From: an uncultured virus (IMG/VR IMGVR_UViG_3300032116_000172)
Lineage: Duplodnaviria > Heunggongvirae > Uroviricota > Caudoviricetes
Length of the DNA: 20,000 bases
Reading direction: 5' to 3' (one strand)
Virus record (IMG/VR): IMGVR_UViG_3300032116_000172
Part shown: positions 8,463-17,341 of the stretch, in pieces
Layout: each line of letters opens with the position of its first letter
Numbering within the stretch: position 1 is the stretch's first letter
Position numbers and translations under genes: made by a program
The notes under the pieces: generated by a model
Databases searched by the model: none
What the model saw: the letters and a program-made list of their open reading frames with translations, nothing else
What the model was told of the DNA's origin: nothing

Positions 8463-11400
8463 CTACTGAACATAGTCGCCTACCATCGTTGTTCCAAACG
8501 GCATAATCAGAACGCGGTAAAACGTACCGACCGTAACAGTAAGGCTGAATCCATCCGAGTTCATACCGTTAGAAGCAGCGTTGGCAATAACGCTTACAAC
8601 TGGGTTGACCGTGGACTGGTTATAGTCACCAGTGGTGCCGTACGTGATCAAATACCCCCGAGCGCCATAGCCCAGATACATGTTACGCGCAAATGTGGTG
8701 GCGGTTGCTTTGAAAACCCCTGAGTCATAAACGCAACCGGGCGGTGAGACTCGCGTATAACGCCATTGCCCGATACCAGCGGTAGCCATCATTGTCTTCA
8801 TCTCACGCTGGCTAGAGAACCACCAGTCATCAAACGAATACCCGTCCGTCTCGCCGTTGCTCGTATCGCGGGAGTTATCACCACCAAGCAAATCAAAATC
8901 GTTATAGCCGCTAGAAGGACCGGGAACAAACCGCAGCGTGATAGTTGCTGCTCCTGCCACACCTGCGTTGCGGTTACGGCTTAAGAACACTTGATGTAGC
9001 CCTGTACCGAACGCGTCCCATGCAATACCAACAACTCGGGCATTGTCGATTGTTGCACTGGTTGTGGCTATGCCTGAGCCGGTTGCCGTGTACTGCTTGG
9101 GGCCTATAGCGAGAGCGGCTTGCATAGCGCGTACCGCCGTGTTATTGGCCGCTGAGTTCTGAGTAGTAAAATAGTCGTTAATACCTGCGTCAGCCGTTGC
9201 TGTAAATGTGACATCAGGAAAAGCGCAAGTACCAGTCGTTGCGCCGCTGTTAACGCCCGCCAGTTCGTTAGTAAATACCCCTGATATGTTATTAGACTTC
9301 GCAACAAATATTGCGTTGTCTGGCATCTGTAAATAGCCGCCGTTGCCTGTAGAACCGTTACACCGCACAAACGTAAGCGTCACCCCGTTAGTTGTCGCAG
9401 TAGCGGCGCGGGCACCGTTTCTGTCATACAGAGTAAATGTTTTTTCGCCATATCTGATGAACGCATAGACGTGGGTTGTAGTCGGTATGCCTGCTGCGGT
9501 AACTAAAAACCGTCCTGTGTTTCTAGAAAAACCAGCCGTTGTTTTAGACAGCGTAACTGTGTCGCTTCCGTTGACAATATCGCCCGTAAGCGTAAACGAA
9601 TCCGCAGCAGAGCCCACGATGGGGCCGTCCCAGTAAGTGTCGGACCGAATGTTTGCGCCGATGCCCCAGCTTGAACCGCGCAAGTACCCACGGAAGCCGA
9701 AGTTATTGCGGCAAGAAAACGGAACGTCTTGACCGCCATTGTTGCCCGCGTTAACCCAACCGGTATCACCGGCATCGACGTCAATCAGCGCTGTGCCTTG
9801 TGGAAGGTATGCGCCCCAGCACTCCGGCACAACTTGCAAGTAATCAACCCGCCCTTCGAAACCGTTGGCAGTGCCGTCAGCAGTTGCTCCTATATTGAAC
9901 CATGCCGTAGACGCACTGAAAGGCTGCGAAGCGGTCTTGAACATCATGGCCCCATTGACATAGAGACGGCCGGGGAATGCGGTATCAAGAGGATTCCACA
10001 CAAAAGTAACAATGATCCATTCCCCGTTGCCGTTAAATTGCCAGCACTTCAGGGAGGTAATAATAGCCGCAGGCACCGTAGTGGCCAGCGTGATTGACAA
10101 ACGGCGGTCTACCGACCCCTCGTTCACCATAACTTTGATTCCGTTGGCAGCCGCCGCAGTGTTGGCAATCCAGAACACGTTTTGGTTGAGTGTTGTTATG
10201 TTGTCGACACGGAACCGACACTGAATAGTAAACGGACGTGCCACCGCATTAGTTGTCAGCGGCAAAGCCAGTGCCTTACTGGACCACAACCTTTCAACAC
10301 GCGCAGACGTAAATACGAACCCATCAACATCGCGCCAAAAACCGCCGTTGTAGTTTCCTCTGTTTGTGTTCTGAATGTAGGCTCGCCAAATAGTGTCGCC
10401 TTTGTCTCCTGACTGCGCAGCGTAGGACCAGTTAGCAGTCGCCGTGCTACTAAAGAACACTTTTACAAAAGTGCGAGCAATAATATCGCCTTCGCACCAG
10501 TAGTTGTAATAGAACGTAGTATTAGCGCCAAACGTTACGGTGTTGAAATACTCGCCATATCCGCCACCAGTTTGTCGAATGCTTACGGCTCCGTCTGCGG
10601 TCCACGCAGTGAAAACATAACGCCGTCCGTTAACGTGAATACGGACTTCTGAAGTTGTAGTAACCGCTTGGGACAAAATTGTCGGCGCAGCAGTTGTGCC
10701 GCTAATAAGAAAGTTACCGGTAACAGTGGTGCCAGTAGGGACCTGAGACGCGTTTCCTTGAAACGGGATCAAATACGCGTACGTGTAGCCCTTATCAGGC
10801 GTGTCGTCTCCTTCTAACCAGTTAGCCCCGAGCACAAGCTCAGACATGGCGCGAGTTGCGCGAGGGTTGTTAACCCAGTTCGCCTCACCCATGTAAATCA
10901 TTTCGCGCTGATACCACCGACCGTTCTGCCAGTAATAACGACGAAGAAAATTGTTTCTGTCAGTAGAAGAACGAGGATACCCAATACCGTAATTAGAGCC
11001 ATCGCTGTTCTGCTCGTCTTTGTCCCAGTAAAACAAATCCGGGACGTCGGTATTGTTAAAGCCCCCGCCAAGCTGTTTAAAGAAAAACGTGCCTTGGTTA
11101 GTGTTGTTCAGCCAAGGCGAATCTCCCCAAAACTCTCCGTACGTGTACCAATACGTACGGTGCCACCACAGACTAATATTGGCTGTGTTGGATCGCTGAT
11201 TTAAAGCGCGGATACCTGTATTGACAACGGTAGGATTGCCTGAAACACCATTTCCGTTACCAACAGTAATGCCGTCCCCAGCAGCAATACTTCTACTGAG
11301 AAAATTGTCTGTTGATGTGTTCCACGCCAACATACCTGATGCAGGGTCAAGAGTGCTTATACCTAATCCGTTTGTGATCCTAACAATACCGGTACTAAAA

Positions 11401-11726
11401 CTAGCAAGGTATGCAAGTGTCACCGCTTGCGCAGCCGCATAAGTCATAAATACATCTTTGGTCCCCGCACTAAAGCTGACCAACGACCCGCCATTAGACG
11501 ACGCATACACTTGCGTTCGAGAAAGCACGTTAGCCGGAATGTACGTGCCAACCCCGACCTCCCACTCATTCGTACCGGGGTTAGTGATGGTGTAAAAAGT
11601 CGTGTCAAACCCAGCCATGACAGACGCAAACGTACGGAACCCGAGTACAGCGCCGCCCAGCGTAAAACTGCCGGTCCCCGACGTCGTTGAAGTTTCTCGA
11701 ACCCTGTCCCTAAGAATGAGCGCCAT
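8463..11726 (-). CDS. Large tail fibre / receptor-binding protein with a LamG (ConA-like lectin) domain
   Basis: 1087 aa. N-terminal MALILRDRVRETSTTSGTG attachment-type module. LamG-like FTIQCRFRVD...WIIVTFVW...RLYVNG...FNIGA...FEGRVDYLQV at about 9830-10270. A chaperone gene lies downstream. Confidence 0.8.
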   Translation of the reverse strand: MALILRDRVRETSTTSGTGSFTLGGAVLGFRTFASVMAGFDTTFYTITNPGTNEWEVGVGTYIPANVLSRTQVYASSNGGSLVSFSAGTKDVFMTYAAAQAVTLAYLASFSTGIVRITNGLGISTLDPASGMLAWNTSTDNFLSRSIAAGDGITVGNGNGVSGNPTVVNTGIRALNQRSNTANISLWWHRTYWYTYGEFWGDSPWLNNTNQGTFFFKQLGGGFNNTDVPDLFYWDKDEQNSDGSNYGIGYPRSSTDRNNFLRRYYWQNGRWYQREMIYMGEANWVNNPRATRAMSELVLGANWLEGDDTPDKGYTYAYLIPFQGNASQVPTGTTVTGNFLISGTTAAPTILSQAVTTTSEVRIHVNGRRYVFTAWTADGAVSIRQTGGGYGEYFNTVTFGANTTFYYNYWCEGDIIARTFVKVFFSSTATANWSYAAQSGDKGDTIWRAYIQNTNRGNYNGGFWRDVDGFVFTSARVERLWSSKALALPLTTNAVARPFTIQCRFRVDNITTLNQNVFWIANTAAAANGIKVMVNEGSVDRRLSITLATTVPAAIITSLKCWQFNGNGEWIIVTFVWNPLDTAFPGRLYVNGAMMFKTASQPFSASTAWFNIGATADGTANGFEGRVDYLQVVPECWGAYLPQGTALIDVDAGDTGWVNAGNNGGQDVPFSCRNNFGFRGYLRGSSWGIGANIRSDTYWDGPIVGSAADSFTLTGDIVNGSDTVTLSKTTAGFSRNTGRFLVTAAGIPTTTHVYAFIRYGEKTFTLYDRNGARAATATTNGVTLTFVRCNGSTGNGGYLQMPDNAIFVAKSNNISGVFTNELAGVNSGATTGTCAFPDVTFTATADAGINDYFTTQNSAANNTAVRAMQAALAIGPKQYTATGSGIATTSATIDNARVVGIAWDAFGTGLHQVFLSRNRNAGVAGAATITLRFVPGPSSGYNDFDLLGGDNSRDTSNGETDGYSFDDWWFSSQREMKTMMATAGIGQWRYTRVSPPGCVYDSGVFKATATTFARNMYLGYGARGYLITYGTTGDYNQSTVNPVVSVIANAASNGMNSDGFSLTVTVGTFYRVLIMPFGTTMVGDYVQ

Positions 11727-11735
11727 GCGTTAACC

Positions 11736-13262
11736 TCAAGTGTCTATAGTCTGCCAACTCTGTGGCTGAGATGTATCGTCAGTATCCCACGATGGGGTTT
11801 GCGTGTCAGAAATAACTTGCCATGTAGAAGGTTGTTCTACAGGCAGTGTACTCCATGAATTTGGTTGGTTGTTGTTTGGAACAGTCCACACCGGCGTCTG
11901 GTTATTAGCTGTTGACTGCCATGTTGAAGCTTGTGGGTTGTTTATGTCTCCCCAACTAGATGTTTGCTGATTGGCAACAACTGCCCAGTTGGGGGTCTGC
12001 GTACTTTGCGCATTTAGCCAGCTAGGCGCATTTTCACTTGCAACAACCGTCCACGCTCCGGGCTGGCTGTCGTTGATCAGCGCCCAGTTCGGCGTCTGGT
12101 CATCAATAATAAGTTCCCACAGATAACGACCAAGAACAACATCATTAAACTGAGCGTAAGCAAACGCAGAAACAACGTACGAAGCGCCGCCAGATGTGGC
12201 CGCCAACAGTTGGACAATTTGCTGTACTTGCGCAGAAAAATTGGCCTGCACCGAGTTAACGTCATTAAAAGACGCACTTTCGTTTTGCTGAGTGTTTGTT
12301 ATAAAGGAAGCAACTAAACTGTCTGAACCCTGCACGGATTCGGTTACCGTCCGAACAAATACGACCGTAACACTTTGCTGGTCGCTCGCGGTCAGCGCTT
12401 CGGCAACTTGCGCTTGCGTAAGGACAAAAGCAGCATTAACGTCCAAGAACTGGGCATCTTCATCTACGTCGGCGACAAAATCTGCTTGTGCGGACTGAGT
12501 ATCCTGTACAGCCGCATTCTCATCGTACGACGCAGCAAACGCCGCCTGCACACTCTGCGCGTCATACACATTTATAGTGGTAAGTAGCTCCCCCGCCGCA
12601 GTAAGCTGGGCGTTTTCTGTGGAAGTCATCTCTACGCGGTCTTCTACAATGGACAAAACTACGCCAGAACCGTAAGCCAAGGCGTAGGCTTCCACAGTTT
12701 CTGCGATTAGACCTGAAAATGGGGACGTACCTACAAATGTGTCGCTTATATGGACGTGTTCGTCTTGGGCGGCGAAAACAAAACGTAAGACTACAAAGTT
12801 GTCAGACCCGGAAATTTGTTCGGTAATATCGGCTGCAAAAGAGGCATCCGCCGATACAGTATCACTTGTGTCTACCTGCTCAACAGTAAAAGCAACGGCA
12901 GTTTGTGTATCATCAAACACCGCAAAAAACTGTGCGTCTTCATCGACGTCTGCGGCCAGATCGCCAACAGCGGAGACAAGTTCAGAGAAATTGGCGGCCT
13001 CAAGAACGGTAGCAACAAAATCAGTCTGCCCTGTAAAGTCGGCAACAAACTGCGCAGTCTGCGCGACTTGAACCGCAAAGTCGGCGTTACTGGTAAGGAA
13101 ATCAGAAAATCTGGCTATTTCTGATACGACGGCATTTGTATTAAGAGTGCACGTCTCCGCATCAGAAAACCTTACCGTTTCTGATATAGAAACCGCAAAT
13201 ACAGTACCGGTTACAGGGAGCGTAGAGAACGGGACTGTTGAAAACGGCGCGAAGCCAAACAT
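11736..13262 (-). CDS. Acidic repeat-built virion protein (candidate fibre scaffold or ruler)
   Basis: MFGFAPFSTVPFS N-terminus, 18 x 20-aa repeats and Trp-phased 11-aa repeats, no lysine. ATG at 13262 (the ORF track uses TTG at 13265). Confidence 0.8.
   Translation of the reverse strand: MFGFAPFSTVPFSTLPVTGTVFAVSISETVRFSDAETCTLNTNAVVSEIARFSDFLTSNADFAVQVAQTAQFVADFTGQTDFVATVLEAANFSELVSAVGDLAADVDEDAQFFAVFDDTQTAVAFTVEQVDTSDTVSADASFAADITEQISGSDNFVVLRFVFAAQDEHVHISDTFVGTSPFSGLIAETVEAYALAYGSGVVLSIVEDRVEMTSTENAQLTAAGELLTTINVYDAQSVQAAFAASYDENAAVQDTQSAQADFVADVDEDAQFLDVNAAFVLTQAQVAEALTASDQQSVTVVFVRTVTESVQGSDSLVASFITNTQQNESASFNDVNSVQANFSAQVQQIVQLLAATSGGASYVVSAFAYAQFNDVVLGRYLWELIIDDQTPNWALINDSQPGAWTVVASENAPSWLNAQSTQTPNWAVVANQQTSSWGDINNPQASTWQSTANNQTPVWTVPNNNQPNSWSTLPVEQPSTWQVISDTQTPSWDTDDTSQPQSWQTIDT
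11739..12119 (-). repeat. 11-aa Trp-phased repeats (12 Trp at exact 11-residue spacing)
   Basis: WELIIDDQTPN / WALINDSQPGA / WTVVASENAPS / ... / WDTDDTSQPQS / WQTIDT. Confidence 0.92.
12120..13199 (-). repeat. 18 tandem degenerate 20-aa repeats
   Basis: Units such as FAVSISETVRFSDAETCTLN, FAADITEQISGSDNFVVLRF and FVADVDEDAQFLDVNAAFVL. Glu is common at position 7 and Asp at position 13, with no indels. Confidence 0.85.
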
Positions 13263-13279
13263 CAATCAGCCCCGCATAA

Positions 13280-13459
13280 TTAGGCAGAAACCAACTGCGC
13301 TTCGTCAAACCAACGCTCGTGTTCGACCCCGGCGTTGTCAGTCCAACCCACTAAATACTGGACATTACCATCGTCGTCCATACGTAACGACATAACCGCA
13401 CCTTGAGGTACAGTCACAATAAGTTTTACCTCATCGCCTTTTTTAAAAATCGTAGCCAT
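13280..13459 (-). CDS. Small SH3-like beta-barrel protein (YodC/DUF2158-like), 59 aa
   Basis: Not in the ORF track. AGGAG SD. MATIFKKGDEVKLIVTVPQGAVMSLRMDDDGNVQYLVGWTDNAGVEHERWFDEAQLVSA fills the intergenic gap. Confidence 0.8.
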   Translation of the reverse strand: MATIFKKGDEVKLIVTVPQGAVMSLRMDDDGNVQYLVGWTDNAGVEHERWFDEAQLVSA

Positions 13460-13470
13460 AAAATCTCCTG

Positions 13471-14043
13471 TTAAACAGCATCGGCTGAGAAGGTGTACGT
13501 AACGTTCAACGTGTCCCCATTGGCCACACTCTTATCGCCGCCAGTAAAATCACCTTCAGAGAAAAGAACACCTGATGAACCAGATGCCACAGTACACAAA
13601 AACGCGCCAGCTACGATTGTGGTGTTGTTGATGTTAAACACTGCGGGCGACGCAGAATTGCTAAGTACGGACGGGTCAGCCAGCGTCGGGGTACCAAACG
13701 TCACCGATTTACGGTTTCCTGTGTAGTTAGTATCTTCAGTCCATCCGGCATGCGTAGTAAGCGTGTCGCCCGCCGCATACGTGGTACCAGAACCGGGGCC
13801 GGTGATCAGACCAAGATACCAAGCGGCGGTGTAACCCGACGCTTTAAAATACTTGTTGTTTAAGTCTTGCAGACCTTCATTAACGACGAGATTGTGGAAA
13901 GTATCTTCCCACTTAAAATTACCATCTTTGTCAAAACAAGTGACTGTAAAAACACCACCAAAACCGCCACGTTCTTTTTCTTGCGAGGTCGTGCCTACGC
14001 CAGCTTGGACAGTTTCACCCATTGTTGATTTTGCTGTAGGCAT
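13471..14043 (-). CDS. Virion structural protein (fibre-subunit-like)
   Basis: FKWEDTFHNLVVNEG...WYLGL...GWTE...YTGNRKSVTF...VANGDTLNVTYT pattern of small beta-sandwich phage structural proteins; AAGGAG SD. Confidence 0.7.
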   Translation of the reverse strand: MPTAKSTMGETVQAGVGTTSQEKERGGFGGVFTVTCFDKDGNFKWEDTFHNLVVNEGLQDLNNKYFKASGYTAAWYLGLITGPGSGTTYAAGDTLTTHAGWTEDTNYTGNRKSVTFGTPTLADPSVLSNSASPAVFNINNTTIVAGAFLCTVASGSSGVLFSEGDFTGGDKSVANGDTLNVTYTFSADAV

Positions 14044-14052
14044 ACTAACTCC

Positions 14053-14478
14053 TTAAGGGAAACGAATTAAAGCCGTAGTTGCCGTGTTTGCTGGCATTGT
14101 TACGGTGTTATTAATCGAGGTAAAAACTTTATCCGCGCCAAAATCCAATACTAAAACGGACTTATTGCTACGGGTGACGTTGTATATTAACGCCCCGCGA
14201 GCAACAAAATTTGCCCCGGGGAAAGACACGTTATTAAAGTTCATGTACACCGTGCCGGTGTTTACATCTGTGGCTAAAGTAGCTCCAGTAACCTGAACTC
14301 CCCCCGCTGTATACCCCGTACCAGATACTTCATCCGCTGCTGTATACGCAGTGGTAGTGGAGCCTATAGTCGCTGTACCCGTGTACAAAGACATTTTTAA
14401 GGTGTCCGTCAGCAAGTTCTGCCCCGCTTGGAGCATCTCCTGTTTAAAGCTGTTAGTCAGTCCTTGTTGGATCGCCAT
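14053..14478 (-). CDS. Virion structural protein (fibre-subunit-like)
   Basis: SFKQEML...LKMSLYT...TTAYTAADEVSGTGYTAGG...ARGALIYN...VLDFGADK pattern; TAATG coupling. Confidence 0.72.
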   Translation of the reverse strand: MAIQQGLTNSFKQEMLQAGQNLLTDTLKMSLYTGTATIGSTTTAYTAADEVSGTGYTAGGVQVTGATLATDVNTGTVYMNFNNVSFPGANFVARGALIYNVTRSNKSVLVLDFGADKVFTSINNTVTMPANTATTALIRFP

Positions 14479-15149
14479 TACGGATTCACCTTAATCTTAG
14501 CCTGACCATCACGGTACGCATCCCCACGCTCAAGACCTGTGCCCAGACGGTTCAACTGACTTATAGCGTCTTGGAATTTCTTCTCGTAATACGCCATCAT
14601 GTCCTGTTCACCCTTCATGAAGATGTACGCTTCCACCAGACAGCCGTACAGCAAAACGGGGTCGTAGTTGTCTCCAAGCCATGAAGTACCTGCTGTGACA
14701 ATCGATTCTGGGTAATAGTAATAATGTAGTTCTACAGCATACGCAGCATCCGGTGTTGGCCCAAGAATAAAACTTAACTCCGTAGTGATAACGTTAGAGG
14801 TTACAGTAGGGCCAAACAGCGCGTAGTACTTAGGTAACCCTTTGTCCGCATTCGGGTTTGGGTAAGCTTCCCGCATGAAATTGACATCTTTGTTTAGTAG
14901 ATATGTGTACGCGCCAACGCCATCTACTACAGCCAAAGAAAACGACGCCAAAAAATCATTAGGGCAAGATAGATACTTATTGTTTGCGGAGGTTAATCCC
15001 ATCACGTTCTTACGTAGTGCAGGGATTTGTACGGAGTTGTAAATACGTTCTTCAGCCTGTTGGACAAAAACAGGGATACTCGCCACGAACGTTGATTCGT
15101 AGTTCTGTGTGTAAGACTGAATATCAGCTACCAACGCCGCATAGTTCAC
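14478..15149 (-). CDS. Head-tail adaptor / connector protein
   Basis: MNYAALVADIQSY...FVQQAEERIYN...PKYYA...LGPTPD..Y.VELHYYYYP.SI...WLGDN...LLYGCLVEAYIFMK. GTG start with AAGGAG SD. Confidence 0.72.
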   Translation of the reverse strand: MNYAALVADIQSYTQNYESTFVASIPVFVQQAEERIYNSVQIPALRKNVMGLTSANNKYLSCPNDFLASFSLAVVDGVGAYTYLLNKDVNFMREAYPNPNADKGLPKYYALFGPTVTSNVITTELSFILGPTPDAAYAVELHYYYYPESIVTAGTSWLGDNYDPVLLYGCLVEAYIFMKGEQDMMAYYEKKFQDAISQLNRLGTGLERGDAYRDGQAKIKVNP

Positions 15150-15159
15150 AGCTTACTCC

Positions 15160-15417
15160 TTACGCCATAGGGCCACGGCACATAAAACCTTTAGTCGCAG
15201 CGCCAGCACCACGCATCTTTATGCCGTCCCGCTTCACGTCGTCACGCCCGGGGTCGCCTGCGCTTACACGCTGCACGCCCGTGCGAGGGCCAAGCTCTTT
15301 AGCACTCTTAGTTTGCGGATCAGACTTGTCGCTTGGGGGCATCATGGTGTGGGGTTCGGCGTAAAACTCAGCAGAACCTACCTCTTTACCCATCAGTTTC
15401 TTAGAAAACTTAGCCAT
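15160..15417 (-). CDS. Small basic protein with C-terminal KMRGAGAATKG motif
   Basis: 85-aa ORF coupled to the upstream gene (TAATG). The motif resembles those in the 17.1-18.4 kb cluster. Confidence 0.75.
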   Translation of the reverse strand: MAKFSKKLMGKEVGSAEFYAEPHTMMPPSDKSDPQTKSAKELGPRTGVQRVSAGDPGRDDVKRDGIKMRGAGAATKGFMCRGPMA

Positions 15418-15575
15418 TATCGACCCCTTCCAGTGGACTTTTGGTTCATAGCACGAGCCAGATTACGGCCATACTTGCGCATGGACTCGCCCGTCACGCC
15501 GCCTTTAGCCATCTTGTGCATACGTTTTTCATGAGCTTTAACTTCTGCTTTAGCTACTTGCTTCATCTTATCCAT
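15417..15575 (-). CDS. Small basic protein with MAKGG motif, 52 aa
   Basis: Not in the ORF track. AGGAG SD. MDKMKQVAKAEVKAHEKRMHKMAKGGVTGESMRKYGRNLARAMNQKSTGRGR; stop overlaps the next ATG. Confidence 0.8.
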   Translation of the reverse strand: MDKMKQVAKAEVKAHEKRMHKMAKGGVTGESMRKYGRNLARAMNQKSTGRGR

Positions 15576-15584
15576 AACTTACTC

Positions 15585-15992
15585 CTATGTGATTGTCACA
15601 TTGCCCACTATCCCTGCCGATGTCAGGTAGTTGGGCGTTAACCCTGCATCGTTTGCACTTGCTCCGCCTACCGGTGCCCAACCCCACTGAATCACCCTAC
15701 TACCTTCGCCCGGGGGTCCTGCATCGTATGCAGTTGGTAGCTGTAGCCCGGTGTTCCCAGAGGAGTAATAGCTGTGGTCTGGGCGTGGCTCCCGCACTGC
15801 TTGCGGGTCGTCCACTGGGTATAGACCCAATTTTAACTGCGGATGGTCGGGGTCCCAACAAGTTTTGCAAACCTTCTCGTTGATGATATTACCTTTAACC
15901 ACCAACTTCCTAAGTTCTTTTAGCTTAAACCGGAACCCACACCTATCGCACTCGGCAATAGACCTATACCCGGCTGCGTACTTATTACCCAT
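15585..15992 (-). CDS. Putative Zn-ribbon virion (neck) protein
   Basis: CDRCGFRFKL...VCKTCWDPDHPQL...DPQAVREPRPD with two CxxC pairs, located between adaptor genes. Confidence 0.7.
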   Translation of the reverse strand: MGNKYAAGYRSIAECDRCGFRFKLKELRKLVVKGNIINEKVCKTCWDPDHPQLKLGLYPVDDPQAVREPRPDHSYYSSGNTGLQLPTAYDAGPPGEGSRVIQWGWAPVGGASANDAGLTPNYLTSAGIVGNVTIT

Positions 15993-16918
15993 TATCTCGA
16001 CCTAAATATTCTAGGTACAAACCGAGACGTGGCTTTCTCCCTATCTTCTCCAGCCGCCAAGTCAAATTGTTCGTCGTACGCCGTCTTCAGCATCTGTAAC
16101 CGGTCAGCGCCCTCGGGTATCTTCATGGCGATGTAGTACGCCAAACCTGCGGTAATACAGGGCAAGAACCTAAAGCTCATGTCCGCAGTTTGTACGCCAC
16201 TACCGGCATCCTCAATACGGCGCATACGCCAGTAAACAAACTGATACGGGGTAGAGTTATCGGGCGTAGGCCAGACCGTTATGGTCGGTGGGTTCGGCAC
16301 ATACACAGGAGCGGCGGAGGTATGCGACGCCGCCGTAGTATTAGCTTGCCCCCGCACACAGTTCTCTAGTGACTGAGTAGCGGTGTTCAAATACCCGTAG
16401 TAGATAATTTCATTGTCAATCTGTACAAACCCGGCGGACGCCAAGTTATATACAGAACCTACGGGGATAGTAGTAACGGTAGCGTTAATCGTAGACGCCA
16501 ATGTAGTCCCAGACGGGGACTTCTGCCCAGAAAGCCGCTGTACCCATACCTGAATAGGTCTGGCTTGCTGTAACTTGTTTGGGATCGTGGCGTAAGTAGA
16601 AACTGAAATCCGCGTGATGTTCAAGTCGGCTTGGGTGGACTCGACGTTAGCCCCAGTACGGATAACGTGTTCCATCAAGTCTACCGTGTCGTACGGCAAC
16701 GCGTAGGTGTTTACGCCGGGGGTAAGGTTGATAGTACCTTGCTCAATCGTCCACATGTTAATGCCACGATTGACCCACTCGATGGTCATCAAGTTCATGC
16801 TACGGCGGGCAGTACGCAGGTCGTAGCCAGAGCGCATCTCGCGCCCTGCGCGTTCAAATGCCTCTTCTGCTATCTCGACAAATTCAAGATCAAATTGCGT
16901 TGTGCCCGATGTAGTCAT
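15992..16918 (-). CDS. Head-tail adaptor / tail tubular A-like protein with an inserted beta domain
   Basis: MTTSGT...EEAFERAG...GYDLRTARRSMNL...W.NRGINMW, ITRISVSTYATIPNK, VWPTPD and RFLPCITAGLAYYIA motifs of phage connector proteins. Confidence 0.72.
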   Translation of the reverse strand: MTTSGTTQFDLEFVEIAEEAFERAGREMRSGYDLRTARRSMNLMTIEWVNRGINMWTIEQGTINLTPGVNTYALPYDTVDLMEHVIRTGANVESTQADLNITRISVSTYATIPNKLQQARPIQVWVQRLSGQKSPSGTTLASTINATVTTIPVGSVYNLASAGFVQIDNEIIYYGYLNTATQSLENCVRGQANTTAASHTSAAPVYVPNPPTITVWPTPDNSTPYQFVYWRMRRIEDAGSGVQTADMSFRFLPCITAGLAYYIAMKIPEGADRLQMLKTAYDEQFDLAAGEDREKATSRFVPRIFRSR

Positions 16919-17095
16919 TTATTTGCCCAATTTCTTCAATGTCTGAGCTAAACGTGCTCTCTTGCCCACTTTCCCGGGTTTTTGGGCAGCGGCAGCAAGC
17001 TTCTTTGCCGGGATGGGCTGTCCTTCTTTTGCGCCAAGTTGAGCACGTAGCGCACCGGGCTTCTTTATTGCCTTCTGTATCCATTTTTCAGCCAT
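16919..17095 (-). CDS. Small Lys/Ala-rich protein, 58 aa
   Basis: Not in the ORF track. MAEKWIQKAIKKPGALRAQLGAKEGQPIPAKKLAAAAQKPGKVGKRARLAQTLKKLGK. Start overlaps the upstream TGA and the stop abuts the next ATG. Confidence 0.82.
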   Translation of the reverse strand: MAEKWIQKAIKKPGALRAQLGAKEGQPIPAKKLAAAAQKPGKVGKRARLAQTLKKLGK

Positions 17096-17340
17096 CACTT
17101 CCTCGCCATTCTCATGTTGTCGATTAAGTTTGGATACGGCCTACCAGCGGCTTTGGCTGCTGCTTTTGCTTTAGCCTTTTTGGCAGGACTTAAAGGGGTG
17201 GATTTTTTCTTGGGGTTGGGGCTGTCCCATACCTCACCACCCTTTTTGTACAGCTTAACGGGTTCGTTGCCGTCACGTTTTACCGTGGTCTTAGGCATCT
17301 TTTTGGGATTAATAACCCCCATTCCCCGAGAGGCCCTCAT
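17095..17340 (-). CDS. Small basic protein (RGMG and YKKGG motifs)
   Basis: 81 aa, Lys-rich, ending KAKAAAKAAGRPYPNLIDNMRMARK; coupled on both sides. Confidence 0.78.
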   Translation of the reverse strand: MRASRGMGVINPKKMPKTTVKRDGNEPVKLYKKGGEVWDSPNPKKKSTPLSPAKKAKAKAAAKAAGRPYPNLIDNMRMARK

Positions 17341-17341
17341 A

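Noticed and set aside
11739..13199. Possible CRISPR array or DNA tandem repeat
   Set aside because: The periodicity is at protein level within an open frame. No identical nucleotide repeats with unique spacers are present.
16890..17084. 64-aa minus-strand ORF MDTEGNKEAR...
   Set aside because: Wrong frame. The 58-aa ORF at 16919-17095 couples exactly to both neighbours and matches the cluster's composition.
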